DNA from: a candidate division WOR-3 bacterium
GTDB lineage: Bacteria; Hydrothermota; Hydrothermia; LBFQ01
Length of the DNA: 64,000 nucleotides
NCBI GenBank assembly: GCA_027050205.1
Contig: JALUCS010000132.1
Span: 1-64,000 of the forward strand
Direction of reading: 5' to 3'
A program made the translations under genes and the position numbers. The notes beneath the pieces were generated by a model, which saw nothing but the letters and a program-made list of their open reading frames with translations, did not search any database and had not been told where the DNA came from. Position 1 is the first letter of the stretch. Every line of letters begins with the position of its first letter. This document shows positions 9,094-22,188 of this stretch, one piece after another.

Positions 9094-11727
9094 ATGACCT
9101 GTATCCTTGCCAAAAGTACTGGGGTATCCCTCAAAAGGCACACCGAAGATGTGAAAGAAACCTTCATTTCCCTGAAGTCTCACTTCAAACGTACGGGCCG
9201 GAACCCACTTGAGGACTTTGAAGGTATTGAGGACGAGATCTTGAAGGCTATAGAGTATCACGACCTGGGTAAGGTACTCCCCTACTTCCAGATAAAGATC
9301 CTGAAGAATACGGGCTACGAGCCTTTTGACCTCACCCTGAACGTACCCCACTCCTTCGTCTCCCTCCTCTTTGTGCCGGGGGACGCCTCTGATGACGTTA
9401 GGGTAGCCGTTGCATATCACCACTGGAGGGAAAGGTTTGAGGAGATAATCGGTAAGGGTTTGAGCGCCCTGAACGAACTGGCAGAGAGACTGTTAGAAGA
9501 TGAAGATTTCAGGAACGCCCTCCTTGAAAACCTCAAAAACGAGATGGGGAAAGCCTACAGGTTGAACGAGGACATAACCCAATCGCTGGCCGGGGGTATG
9601 TCCGTCTCCGACCCCCGCATCGCACCGCCACCCTACGGCATCCTGTCCCAGATCTCCAACAGGGAGATAACGGATAGGAACAGGAGGGGCGTACTTATCC
9701 GCGGCCTACTCCAGAGGGCGGACCACTTCGCCTCTTGGGTTGAGGAGGAAGAGGAAGGGGTTTCCTTCTCCGATGTTGAGATACCGCCTAAGGACAGGAA
9801 TGAGGTACATAGGGCGATTAGGGAGAGGATAGGGGAGGGGGCGTGGCAGTTTGCAGAGTTGAAGGAAAGGGACGGGAACCTCATCCTCGTCGCCCCCACG
9901 GGCTATGGCAAAACGGAGTTCGCCTTCCTCTGGTCCGCCGGCTACAAGGCCATATACACCCTACCCTTGAGGGCTGCCGTGAATCAGATGTTCCAGAGGG
10001 CGGAGGACGTATTCGGGACAGGAAGAAGCGGCCTCCTCCACTCCGACGCCGACGTCTTCTACCTTGAGAGGGGCGAAGACTTCACATCCTACGCCCTCGC
10101 CCGCCAGCTAGCGCACCCGTTCCTGGTCTCAACGGGGGACCAGTTCTTCCCCTACGCCCTGAAACCGCCCACGTTTGAGAAGATATACGCCGTAATCTCC
10201 TACTCAAGGCTGACGGTTGATGAGGTGCAGGCCTACGACCCCAGAGCGGCGGCCATAATCGTCAAGTTCCTTGAGGACACCGTAAAGATGGGTGGCAACT
10301 TCCTCCTTATGACGGCTACCCTACCGGAGTTCGTAAGGGAGGAGGTTATAGACAGGGTCGGGGAGGGAAACGCCCCGATGATCAACATCTACGAGGATAA
10401 CGAGGAAGACTTCAGACGGATAAGGAAGCACAAGATAGAGCTTCGTTTCCTCGTGGCCGACGAGGACGATGGGGAGGGCAAGGGTAGAAGGAGGCGTAAA
10501 TCCGCCCCCGGATTTGACGGGGAAATTGAGGAGATCTTGAGGCACGCAAAGGAGGGTAAGAGGGTAATAGTGATAAGGAACACCGTCGCCTCCGCCCAGG
10601 AGACCTACGAAAGGTTGAAGGGCAAGGGGGTACCCGTCTATCTGCTCCACTCCAGATTCACCCTTGAGGACCGCAAGAGGAGGGAAGGGGAGGTGATGGA
10701 GGCCTTCGGGAACCCGAAGCCGAAGGACGAGAGCGAGGGCAAGATCCTCGTAGCCACGCAGGTGGTTGAGGCGTCCCTTGATATAGATGGGGACGTCCTG
10801 TTTACGGACCTCGCCCCGCTTGACGCCCTCGTCCAGAGGATGGGCAGGGTGATGCGGAGGTACTTTTACAGGGACGGCAAAGTGTGGGATAAGAGCAGTG
10901 GGGAGGAGATGGATATACCGGAGGAGGGTCTGGACCTGACCGCAGGGCCTAACGTCTTCGTATGGGTGTGGGTGAAAGAGAAGAAACTCGCCCACACATC
11001 GCCCTATCCGAAGGACCTGATGCTGTGGTCCCTCGCGTGGCTGTGGAGGTGGGGGGAGATAGAGATGCCTAAAGAGGGCATAACTCCGGACTTCGTACGG
11101 CGGAACTTCTACGAACCGGTGGGATACAAACCCAGAAAGGGCAACTACGATACGGACAACTTTGAGGGTAAGCTCTTAGGTACCTTGAAGCCAAAGAAAC
11201 GTAAGGACGACAAGGACGCCCTGTCCTTCCCCCTCTCCGAGTACGACAAGTACGCCATAGTCAAGGGCTTCTACGCCACCCTCAAGACTCTCGCCGGTGA
11301 TAGCAAGTACATCAGGACCTTCTACGACACCCTCGCAGTTTTGGACGCCGGATGGGTATCCGAGAGGAAGGCCGACGCCCAACGGGTGTTCAGGGAGATA
11401 TACGAGGTGAAGGCCGTACCGGAGAACCTCCTTGGCGCCTTCATAGACGCCGTTTTGGGGTTTGATTTCTCACAAAATTACACCCACTTTAAGCGGGACG
11501 TCCTGTCAAGGTACGTCGTAAGCGTTCCTATGTGGTGGGTTAGCATTGAAGACAGGGTCCTGAACTCCTTGAAGGAGGAGAGCCGTTTCTACGAACTTGA
11601 CAAGAAGGCGCGGGATAAACTCGGCCGTTGGCTGGCCGACGTCTTCGTAGTTGATGGCAACTACGTCCAAGAAAAGGGGTTAAAGCATCAAAAAAGGAGG
11701 TTAGAAGATGACGCTTTTATCATCTAA
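9094..11727 (+). CDS. cas3: CRISPR-associated HD nuclease/helicase Cas3
   Basis: HD domain (HT..V, YHDLGK, PHS, YHH, ADH.AS) plus SF2 motifs APTGYGKTE, DEVQ, MTAT, HSRF, ATQVVEASLDID, QRMGR; start moved to ATG 9094. Confidence 0.95.
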   Translation: MTCILAKSTGVSLKRHTEDVKETFISLKSHFKRTGRNPLEDFEGIEDEILKAIEYHDLGKVLPYFQIKILKNTGYEPFDLTLNVPHSFVSLLFVPGDASDDVRVAVAYHHWRERFEEIIGKGLSALNELAERLLEDEDFRNALLENLKNEMGKAYRLNEDITQSLAGGMSVSDPRIAPPPYGILSQISNREITDRNRRGVLIRGLLQRADHFASWVEEEEEGVSFSDVEIPPKDRNEVHRAIRERIGEGAWQFAELKERDGNLILVAPTGYGKTEFAFLWSAGYKAIYTLPLRAAVNQMFQRAEDVFGTGRSGLLHSDADVFYLERGEDFTSYALARQLAHPFLVSTGDQFFPYALKPPTFEKIYAVISYSRLTVDEVQAYDPRAAAIIVKFLEDTVKMGGNFLLMTATLPEFVREEVIDRVGEGNAPMINIYEDNEEDFRRIRKHKIELRFLVADEDDGEGKGRRRRKSAPGFDGEIEEILRHAKEGKRVIVIRNTVASAQETYERLKGKGVPVYLLHSRFTLEDRKRREGEVMEAFGNPKPKDESEGKILVATQVVEASLDIDGDVLFTDLAPLDALVQRMGRVMRRYFYRDGKVWDKSSGEEMDIPEEGLDLTAGPNVFVWVWVKEKKLAHTSPYPKDLMLWSLAWLWRWGEIEMPKEGITPDFVRRNFYEPVGYKPRKGNYDTDNFEGKLLGTLKPKKRKDDKDALSFPLSEYDKYAIVKGFYATLKTLAGDSKYIRTFYDTLAVLDAGWVSERKADAQRVFREIYEVKAVPENLLGAFIDAVLGFDFSQNYTHFKRDVLSRYVVSVPMWWVSIEDRVLNSLKEESRFYELDKKARDKLGRWLADVFVVDGNYVQEKGLKHQKRRLEDDAFII

Positions 11728-12797
11728 GCTGACGCTCTATCCTGCGAACTGGCTCTACAACGCCGGTGTTGTGGGGTTCTTGAGGGTGTTGGACGCCATG
11801 GGGGAGGACGTTGAGGGGATGTTGAGGGAGGATGGAGGGGTGGAGGTGGATAGGAACGTTTTTGATAAAATAGACGTCCAGAGCCTTTATTTCGGCGAAA
11901 ACAAGGTGGCCAGCATCGTAGGGAACAGCACCCTTTATAGGAACTACCTGCAGAAGAGATGGAAACCCGATTTTGAGGTGTTCGTGCGGAATCTAAAGCA
12001 CGTTCAGGAGAGGGGAAGGTGCGATATTTGCGGAAGGGGATTTTATATCCCGCAAGGAATATTGCAAAATTTAGAGAAATCTTCTCAAAATCTACAAAAG
12101 TTCATAAACGGCATAAGGAAGTTTGACGTGCGACTGAACAACATCCTTGCCCCGTCTTTGGGGGAATTTCCCAACGGCTTTTGGGATAACAAGAACAGCT
12201 CGGTAGTTTGCGATTTATGCGGATATTTGCTGATACATCACCATTTGGCACTGATTGATTTGCCCGGTAGATATGAGATTTTCATCAACGCCCCCTCGTT
12301 TAAGGTTATGTGGTACCTCAACAGGTACGCCCGCGAGATTTACGGGAGGGAGGAGGTTAAGAGAGTTCGGCATTTGTTCGGTATGTCCGTTATAAAAATA
12401 GCCCTGCGGTACAACCGTGAGTTGTCCCGTTGGACGGCGATGAACATAGAGGTGGTTATAAAGCACGGTAAGGAAGTGAGCTTCTTCTCCGTCCCATACA
12501 GGGTGGTTAAGCTCCTAACGGATAGGAAGGTAGCCTCCGTTTTGACGGAAATTAAGGAACTTTCCGTATTGGACAAAATTTTGGATCAAAAATTTGAGGA
12601 TTTGATAAATATAGGAGAAAAGATCTTGAGGTTGGGTTTTAAGGTGGTGAATGGGCAGAGGTTATCTAAAAACGAAAGGGAGTTTATCAACACCTTCATT
12701 AAACTTGATTCCAACAGGAGAGACCTTGTTGCCTTTGCACAGAAGATCTTCAAATTGCACGCCGCCATATCGGACGTTTTAAAAGAGGAGGTTGAAT

Positions 12798-12820
<23 letters not shown>
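11708..12820 (+). CDS. cas8b1: Type I-B large subunit Cas8b1/Cst1 (CXXC-CXXC), lacking the C-terminal helical domain
   Basis: LY.ANWLYNAG.VGF.R.L N-terminus, CDIC and CDLC, FPN.FW, IFINAPSF; position between cas3 and cas7. Confidence 0.85.
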
Positions 12821-15264
<2,444 letters not shown>

Positions 15265-15275
<11 letters not shown>

Positions 15276-16011
15276 GATCAGGTTCAAACCCACGGGAGGG
15301 CAACCGGAGAGCCTCCCGATTGATTACAGGGGGATCTTCATCTCCTTCGTAAAGTCGGCCCTCCTGCCCCGCTTCCCCCATATCTTTGAGAACCGCCTCG
15401 TGAAACCCTACACCTTCGCCGTCCTCTTCAACAGAGGGGTCAAGTTCAGCGGTAGGGAGATAACGGGGATAGGGCGGATGGACTTCCTCTTCTCCAGCGG
15501 CGACCCCGAAATCCTGACGGCTATGTTCAACTTCGCGATGGGCCTCAAACGGGGAATAGGATGGGATAAGATCCGCAAGGAGGAGATAAGGAGGTTCAGA
15601 CTGACAGAAGTCTCACCCGTATGGAGGGAGTACAGGGGGGAGGATACCTTCCGGATACTCTCGCCCGTGGTGGTGAACGACCCCGACAGGGACCCAAGGA
15701 ACCCCAGAGAGCATTACCTACTTCCGGGTGAGGAGGGATTCAGCCAAAGGCTACTTGAGACGACGAGGGAGAGGATGGAGAGGTTTCTGATGAAGGTCCC
15801 GAAGGGGGGGATGGAGGTTGAACCTGTGGGGAAGGTTAGGGAGGTTATGGTCAGGCACTACAGGGGATACGTCCGTGGGTTCATAGGGACGGTAAGGGTA
15901 AAGGCCTCCCCTGACGTCCTGAAGTTCATATACGACTACGGCCTCGGCGTAAGGACGGGACAGGGCTTCGGGATGTTGGAGGTTTGGGACACCTCCCCCT
16001 TCGTCGGTTGA
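15265..16011 (+). CDS. cas6: CRISPR endoribonuclease Cas6
   Basis: P.DYR..F.S..K, KPYTFAV, LSP.VV and the C-terminal G-rich loop GLG.RTGQGFGM. Confidence 0.93.
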
Positions 16012-16034
16012 GTACCCCCTTAGAATACTTGAGG

Positions 16035-17813
16035 ATGAAGAGGTATCTGCCCCTGTTCGTAGCAGTTTCCCTTTACCTCGTGGTCGCCCTGTACTACGCC
16101 TTCAAACTCTGGGGCTTGACAAACGGCCACAACCTCTACGTCATAGACGACGCCTATATCCATATGGCCATAGCCAAGAACTTCGCCCTTCATGGAGTTT
16201 ATGGAATCACCCGCTATTACTTCTCAAACGCCTCCTCTTCCCCTCTTTGGACCTTCCTCATATCGGGGGGCTTCAAACTTTTCGGCCTGCAGATCTGGAT
16301 CCCCTTCGTCCTCGCCCTCCTCTCCGGGATCGGGGCGCTGGCTGCGGTCTCCCACATCTACGACCGCGAAGGCGTGAGCGTTGGACAGGCCACCGCCTAC
16401 CTCCTCGCCCTCCTGTTCTTAACCTCCTTCTGGGGACTCACCTTCACCGGCCTTGAGCATCTCCTCCAGATCCTGACGATGGCCCTCGCCCTGTGGTCCG
16501 CCGCCCTCATCTTAACCGACAAAGGAAACCGTGGAGCCTTCTACACCCTCTACCTCTCCTCCGCCGTCGCCGCCGTAACAAGGCCGGAGTCGTGGGCCTT
16601 AATAGGGGGGATATTCCTCCTGTTCCTCGCATCCAAAAGGTGGAAGCTCGCCCTTTCCTACGTCCTTCTCTCCTTCCTCCCCGTCCTCCTCCTCGGCCTG
16701 TGGAGTAAGGCCAACGGGAACGGCTTCCTCCCCAACACCTACTACCTGAAGGGTACCAAGGGCAACGGCTTAATGGACCTCCTCTACTACTCCCCCAAGC
16801 TGACCCACCTCTCCGCCCAGGCCGCACTCGTCGCCGCAGTCGCTTACCTGACCTTCGCTCTGTGGGAGGACGAGACTCTACGGAACGTAATCGCCCTGGC
16901 CCTCGTTGGGTTCGGAACCGTCCTCCTCCTCGGTTTGGCGAAGAACCTGCCCATCTTCCTCAACGACGGTGTGTTCATAGACCGGTACTACCTCAAGGGA
17001 CTCCCCTCCCTCGTAATGGCCCTCTCCTTGGTTGCGGCCAAGTTCGGACTCCTCCTCGTCCTCCTCGGCCTCTACAACGGCACCCTAAAGTGGAGGAAGC
17101 CCCTCCTCATCTCCTTCCTGTTGGCTACCGTTCTCGTCGCCCACTTCCACAGGGGCGGATTCGGTTGGTTCTTCCGGTACGAGTCCTACCTGATAGCCCT
17201 GACCCTCCTCTTCTACCCCCTCCTCTCCTCCGTCCGTCCTCCGCAGGTAAGGCCAACGTACATTGCGGCTGGGGCCGCCATCCTCTCCATCCCCCTCCTC
17301 ATAAGGGGCCTTACTATCCTCAAGGACATTACCCCCGCCGTCAGGATAACCTACCTGAAGAACTACCACCTCGCCCTCTTCGTTAAGAAGAACTTCAACG
17401 GCAAGGGGATAGCCATGGACGACATCGGCTACGTATCCTTCCTCTCCGATGCCAAGGTGGTTGATTTCGTAGGTCTCGGAACTTACGAGGTGGCGAAGGC
17501 GATACAGGAGAAGAGGTTCAACACGGACTTTATGAGGTACCTCGTAAAGAAGTACGGTATAGAGGCGGCCATCCTTCGGCCGAGCTGGTACCTCAAGTAC
17601 GGAGGCCTTCCGGGGGAGTGGTTGGTGGTGGGTACGTGGAAGGTTGAGGACGTATACTATCCGGGGAGCAACTTCCTGACCTTCATGGCCGTTGATAGGG
17701 ATATGGCGGAGCCTCTGCGGAGGTACCTTGAGGAGTCCAAGGGGTACGTACCACCGGAGATAGACGTCAGGACCTACCCGCCCACACCTCTCGGCCAGAT
17801 CATGGGAAGGTAG
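16035..17813 (+). CDS. Polytopic membrane protein, GT-C-fold glycosyltransferase-like
   Basis: DDAYIH..IA.N...G, SSPLW, GLE, RPE, PNTYY.K, D.VGL motifs; many TM helices; start moved to ATG 16035 (TAGAAT 8 nt upstream). Confidence 0.7.
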   Translation: MKRYLPLFVAVSLYLVVALYYAFKLWGLTNGHNLYVIDDAYIHMAIAKNFALHGVYGITRYYFSNASSSPLWTFLISGGFKLFGLQIWIPFVLALLSGIGALAAVSHIYDREGVSVGQATAYLLALLFLTSFWGLTFTGLEHLLQILTMALALWSAALILTDKGNRGAFYTLYLSSAVAAVTRPESWALIGGIFLLFLASKRWKLALSYVLLSFLPVLLLGLWSKANGNGFLPNTYYLKGTKGNGLMDLLYYSPKLTHLSAQAALVAAVAYLTFALWEDETLRNVIALALVGFGTVLLLGLAKNLPIFLNDGVFIDRYYLKGLPSLVMALSLVAAKFGLLLVLLGLYNGTLKWRKPLLISFLLATVLVAHFHRGGFGWFFRYESYLIALTLLFYPLLSSVRPPQVRPTYIAAGAAILSIPLLIRGLTILKDITPAVRITYLKNYHLALFVKKNFNGKGIAMDDIGYVSFLSDAKVVDFVGLGTYEVAKAIQEKRFNTDFMRYLVKKYGIEAAILRPSWYLKYGGLPGEWLVVGTWKVEDVYYPGSNFLTFMAVDRDMAEPLRRYLEESKGYVPPEIDVRTYPPTPLGQIMGR

Positions 17814-17838
17814 GGCTTTCCACGGTAGAATCCCGTCT

Positions 17839-19281
17839 ATGGAGAAGTACCTCGCCATAGCCCTTGAGAACCTGAAGGGGGCGCAGTACGGTGAAGCCCG
17901 CTTCGTCAGGATAACCTCGCAGGACATCTCCGTAAGGAACGGTAGGGTTGAGAGCGTATCCGAGTCGGTTGAGGAGGGGATAGGGATTAGGGCGGTTGTA
18001 GGTGGGGCGATAGGTTTCGCCGCGACCAACGTCCTACAGTTGGACGAGGTGGTGAGGACGGCGAAGGTGGCCCTTGAGTACGCCAAGGCCTCCAGGGAGG
18101 CCCTGGGAAAGGACAGGCCCTTCCTCTCGGAACCCAAACACGAGGGGGAGTACAGGACCCCTCTCAAGACGGATCCCTTCACCGTCCCCCTTGACAGGAA
18201 GATAGACCTCCTTATGAGGGTGGATGAGGTCCTCGCCAAGGAGCCGAAGGTGATCTTGAGGACCGGGAGCCTCCACTTCAGGAAGGTTGAGAAGGTCTTT
18301 ATGAACAGCGAGGGGTCCTTCCTGAAGCAAACCATCTACCTGACCGGTGGAGGATACACGGCCTACGCCTTCGTGGATGGGGTCCTCGCCCACCGCTCCT
18401 ACCCCGCCCCCCACGGTGGGAACCACCTACAGGCCGGCTGGGAGGTCATAGAGGAGATGGACTTCCTGAAGTACGCCGACCAGATAAGGGAGGAGGCCGT
18501 CATGTTTGCCAAGGCCGATACCCTCAAGGAGGAGATGGAGACGACCCTCGTCCTCGGCACCCACCAGATGATCCTCCAGATACACGAGAGTGTGGGCCAC
18601 CCCCTTGAGTTAGACAGGGCGATAGGGTACGAGGCCAGCTACGCCGGTACCAGCTTCGCCCGGATAGAGAACCTCGGAAAGCTCCGGTACGGCTCCCCTC
18701 TGATGAACATCGTAGCAGATGCTACCCTTGAGAGGGGTCTCGGTACCTTCGGGTGGGACGACGAGGGGGTTGAGGCCCAGAGGGTAGACCTCATAAGGGA
18801 GGGGATATTGGTTGGATACCTCTCCTCAAGGGACAGCGCCTGGGCGATAGGCCTGAAGAGGAGCGGGGGGATGGCGAGGGCCAGCGGCTTCAACCGTATG
18901 CCCATGGTCCGTATGACCAACGTCTACCTCCTCCCCGGCGATGGAACCCTTGACGATATACTCTCCGAGATAAAGGACGGCATATACATGGACCTCAACA
19001 AGTCCTGGTCCATAGACCAGCGGCGCCTGAACTTCCAGTTCTCAACCGAGGTGGCCTACCGAATAAGGAACGGGAAGCTGGCCGAGCCTCTCCGCAACGT
19101 CATATACTACGGCATAACCCCGGAGTTCTGGGGGAGTATGTATGCCGTCGCGGGTGAGGGGGAGTGGAAGCTCTGGGGCCTACCCCACTGCGGTAAGGGG
19201 GAGCCTGGCCAGTCCATGGACACGGGCCACGGCGCTTCGCCGGCGGCCTTCAGGAACGTAAGGGTCGGGACGGCCGGTTAG
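17839..19281 (+). CDS. tldD: TldD family metalloprotease subunit
   Basis: HESVGHPLELDR metal motif, G.FGWDDEG, RMTN, CGKGEP.Q...GHG. Confidence 0.9.
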   Translation: MEKYLAIALENLKGAQYGEARFVRITSQDISVRNGRVESVSESVEEGIGIRAVVGGAIGFAATNVLQLDEVVRTAKVALEYAKASREALGKDRPFLSEPKHEGEYRTPLKTDPFTVPLDRKIDLLMRVDEVLAKEPKVILRTGSLHFRKVEKVFMNSEGSFLKQTIYLTGGGYTAYAFVDGVLAHRSYPAPHGGNHLQAGWEVIEEMDFLKYADQIREEAVMFAKADTLKEEMETTLVLGTHQMILQIHESVGHPLELDRAIGYEASYAGTSFARIENLGKLRYGSPLMNIVADATLERGLGTFGWDDEGVEAQRVDLIREGILVGYLSSRDSAWAIGLKRSGGMARASGFNRMPMVRMTNVYLLPGDGTLDDILSEIKDGIYMDLNKSWSIDQRRLNFQFSTEVAYRIRNGKLAEPLRNVIYYGITPEFWGSMYAVAGEGEWKLWGLPHCGKGEPGQSMDTGHGASPAAFRNVRVGTAG

Positions 19282-19285
19282 AGGC

Positions 19286-20617
19286 TCATCCTCGCCTTAG
19301 GGCGGGGGAGAAGGTTAGGAGCATCTCAAGGAGGAGGACGGTTAAAAAGGCGTAGAGGATGTAGGGCCAGAGAGGTTTTGGGGGAGGGGGTATATCTACG
19401 GCCGTACGGAGGTTGGCCACTATTACACCGATGGGGCGACCGTCCTTATAGACCTCGTAGACCCCGGCCGCCTTGGGGACGAAGGTCTCCGTACAGCACA
19501 GCCTCGTCCCTCCCCTTATCTCCACGGGTTCCGGGAACCTCAAGGTATCCCCCACAGCGGCGTAGAGTTTGAAGAAGGAGCGGGAGAGGAGGGGGACGAA
19601 CTTGAGGAAATCCGGAGTAAACGCCCATCCCGTCCGGGCAGGGTGGAAGCCGAAGAGGTACCTGTTGCCGTACTCAACCCCCACCACCTGCCCCTTCCCG
19701 TCCAAGAGGACGGGCTTACCGGAGAGGAAAACGCATCCGCTGTCCCTGAAAACGAACTCAACGACGGCCGGCCTCACCTCTAATCCCTCCGCCTTCAGTT
19801 TCCCGCAGTCGGTTAGGAAGTTCAGTGAGCCTTCCTCCTCCAAGATGGTATCCACGCCTACGCTGGCCTCCAGGTTCAGGGAGGATAGGACAGCCTCCCA
19901 TACCTCCCTCTCAAGGCCCGTCGCCACCACCCTACCCCTGCCAACGGTTTCGTGGGCGTAGTCGTAGAGGGTCCTACCCTCCAGCTCTATCCTAACCGGA
20001 CCGGATAGGGTGAGTGTGGCAGAGTACCCCCCTTTGCTTCCAGAATTTACATAAAAACTGTCCAATAGTACGATTTTCCCCAAATTTTCAACAATTATGT
20101 GAAACCATCTCCCTCTACCTGTGTTCATAATCGCGAGCCTCACACCCTCCTTGGATACGGAGAGGTCGGACACCTCCCAGTCGGATGAGGGGGACCAGAT
20201 CTCGTACTCCGTCGTGGGGACGTTCCTCCAGGCCCCCACCAGGGCTACCTTCCCCTTCGGGGAGGGGTTCGGTGTGAATCGGACGGTCGCGAACTTCCCC
20301 CACGTCTCCATTATCTGGCGAACGGTGGAGGGTGGAACGTCCTTTACCCATATCTCCGAGGGAGGTTTCCCCCTGTAGAGGAAGGGTCTGGCTGGGTAGA
20401 GTAGCACCAGGAAGACGAGGAGGGACCTAAGGAGGACGACGAGGATGTCCCTTATACGTAGGAGGATGGCCCCCGATACCCTACCCGCCGTCAGCATCCC
20501 CACCCAGGAGAAGGGTACCTTGGGGGCGAGCCGACTCGCTACGGTGTGGAGGACGACGGTAAATAGGAAACCACCGATGGCGGCGTACAACCACACGGGT
20601 TTGAGGGTCCAGAGCAA
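19286..20617 (-). CDS. Membrane protein with BatA-like N-terminal double-TM domain
   Basis: P..L.......V.LH......V.FS...L ... LLR.L.......ARPF pattern; C-terminal LWPY.L.....LLLEM TM helix. Confidence 0.6.
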   Translation of the reverse strand: MLWTLKPVWLYAAIGGFLFTVVLHTVASRLAPKVPFSWVGMLTAGRVSGAILLRIRDILVVLLRSLLVFLVLLYPARPFLYRGKPPSEIWVKDVPPSTVRQIMETWGKFATVRFTPNPSPKGKVALVGAWRNVPTTEYEIWSPSSDWEVSDLSVSKEGVRLAIMNTGRGRWFHIIVENLGKIVLLDSFYVNSGSKGGYSATLTLSGPVRIELEGRTLYDYAHETVGRGRVVATGLEREVWEAVLSSLNLEASVGVDTILEEEGSLNFLTDCGKLKAEGLEVRPAVVEFVFRDSGCVFLSGKPVLLDGKGQVVGVEYGNRYLFGFHPARTGWAFTPDFLKFVPLLSRSFFKLYAAVGDTLRFPEPVEIRGGTRLCCTETFVPKAAGVYEVYKDGRPIGVIVANLRTAVDIPPPPKPLWPYILYAFLTVLLLEMLLTFSPALRRG

Positions 20618-20636
20618 GGTTGTGATTGTACGGTCG

Positions 20637-21353
20637 CTAAACCTCGCTTACGCTTAGGACGTACTCCGCCGGGACGTACAACCTCTCCCCGTCCCTGTCT
20701 ATCTCAAGGACCATATCGGGATGGACGTCCACGAGTTTCCCCCTGACCTCACCGCCTCCGGCCACCCAGAGGGAGACGTACCGGCCGATCGTGGCCAACT
20801 TAGACCTCCACCTCCCGAAGACCTCCTCAAAAGGCGAGCCGTAGACCTTCATCACCCCTTCGGCTATCTCCCCAGCAAGGGCGTCCAGGTCGTAATCTTT
20901 GGCCGTAAGTACCTTCAACGTGGTCGCCAGGGGGAGGGGCGGCTCCGGTTGATTCACGTTCAGGCCTACGCCGACGACCAGATAATCCCCCCTCTCCTCA
21001 ACCAAGATACCGCAGAGTTTCTTCCCGGAGACGAAGACGTCGTTGGGGAAGTGTATCTCCGGGACGTACCCGGTGCCGGACAGGAGGCGGGAGGCCAACT
21101 CTTCTACAACGAGGGCCGTCCCTATCATAAGTTTGTAGTTGTCCTTGGGATGGTGCTTCAGGAACGCTCCGCTCATCCACAGCCCCCCCTCGTTGGAGAT
21201 CCACCTCCTCCCCATCCTTCCCCTCCCCGCCGTCTGTACGTCCGCCCTTACGAAGAGGGGGACCCCATAATCCTTGACGAGGCGGAGGACCTCGTCGTTC
21301 GTGGAGTCCGTCTCCCTTAGACGGATAACTTCTGCTTTCTCTTTTCCTTCCAT
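20637..21353 (-). CDS. birA: Biotin--[acetyl-CoA-carboxylase] ligase (no HTH domain)
   Basis: DSTN, QTAGRGR.GRRW.S, PNDV....KKLCGILVE, GVGLNVN. Confidence 0.92.
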   Translation of the reverse strand: MEGKEKAEVIRLRETDSTNDEVLRLVKDYGVPLFVRADVQTAGRGRMGRRWISNEGGLWMSGAFLKHHPKDNYKLMIGTALVVEELASRLLSGTGYVPEIHFPNDVFVSGKKLCGILVEERGDYLVVGVGLNVNQPEPPLPLATTLKVLTAKDYDLDALAGEIAEGVMKVYGSPFEEVFGRWRSKLATIGRYVSLWVAGGGEVRGKLVDVHPDMVLEIDRDGERLYVPAEYVLSVSEV

Positions 21354-21841
21354 TCCCGGAGCCTACGCATCCGCTCCCTCGGAGGTAGGTAGTCTATGTA
21401 TAGAACGCCGTTTATGTGGTCTATCTCGTGTTGCAGGACCCTCGCGTACAGGCCGGTGGCGGTTATCTCAACCGGCACGAGTTCCCCGTCCCTAAGCTCC
21501 AACGCCTTCACTACGGCGAGGTACGGCCTCTTGACGTCAAAGTACAGGCCGGGGAAGGAGAGGCAACCCTCCTCGTCTACGTCCTCCCCCTCGTAATACA
21601 CCACCTCCGGGTTCACGAGGACCTGGGCTTCCCCCTCCCTGCCCGTGAATTCGCCCTTGTAGACGGCTATGACCCTCAAGAGTGAGCCTACCTGGTTGGC
21701 GGACAGACCGAGTCCCTCGTAGGCCAGCATCGTATCCACGAGGTCCTCCGCGAGGTTCAAGACCTCACCGTTGAGATCCTCAACGGGTTTCGCCACCTTC
21801 CGCAGTACGGGATCGGGGTATATCCTAACCTTTCTTACCAT
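21317..21841 (-). CDS. def: Peptide deformylase
   Basis: G.GLSANQVG, EGCLS, QHEIDH.NG motifs. Confidence 0.97.
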   Translation of the reverse strand: MVRKVRIYPDPVLRKVAKPVEDLNGEVLNLAEDLVDTMLAYEGLGLSANQVGSLLRVIAVYKGEFTGREGEAQVLVNPEVVYYEGEDVDEEGCLSFPGLYFDVKRPYLAVVKALELRDGELVPVEITATGLYARVLQHEIDHINGVLYIDYLPPRERMRRLREWKEKRKQKLSV

Positions 21842-22148
21842 CCTTCTTTCCCTCCTCCGCGAGACCCCTTATCGCCCACTTCATAAAATTGACGCGCACA
21901 CCGGGGGAGATCTCAAGGACGACCACGTTGTCCTTCGCCTCTATAACGGAGCCGATTATCCCCGACTCCGTAAGGACCCTGTCGCCTTTCTTCAGACTCT
22001 CTATGAGCTGCTTCCGCCTCTTCTCCTCCCTCTGCTGGGGAAAGATTATGAAAAAGTAAAAGGCGGCTATCATTATGATGAAGGGGAGGGCGAGACTCAT
22101 CAGATCCCCCCACCCCGTCGCCTGCTGGCCTATCAAAACGTTGAGCAT
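21825..22148 (-). CDS. yajC: Preprotein translocase subunit YajC
   Basis: FYFF.I.PQ......LKKGD.V.T..GI.G.V. Confidence 0.93.
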   Translation of the reverse strand: MLNVLIGQQATGWGDLMSLALPFIIMIAAFYFFIIFPQQREEKRRKQLIESLKKGDRVLTESGIIGSVIEAKDNVVVLEISPGVRVNFMKWAIRGLAEEGKKDGKKG

Positions 22149-22188
22149 AGGCCTTTAATTCTACCCCCGTTAGGTGTGCTTCGTCCCG

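Noticed and set aside
16035..17813. Membrane protein after cas6 as a CRISPR accessory effector
   Set aside because: It has its own -10 box and a GT-C glycosyltransferase signature; no CARF/SAVED features
17085..18335. 416-aa antisense ORF and the many other overlapping ORFs in the track
   Set aside because: Shadow ORFs opposite well-supported genes, expected from GC-rich codon bias; no recognisable motifs
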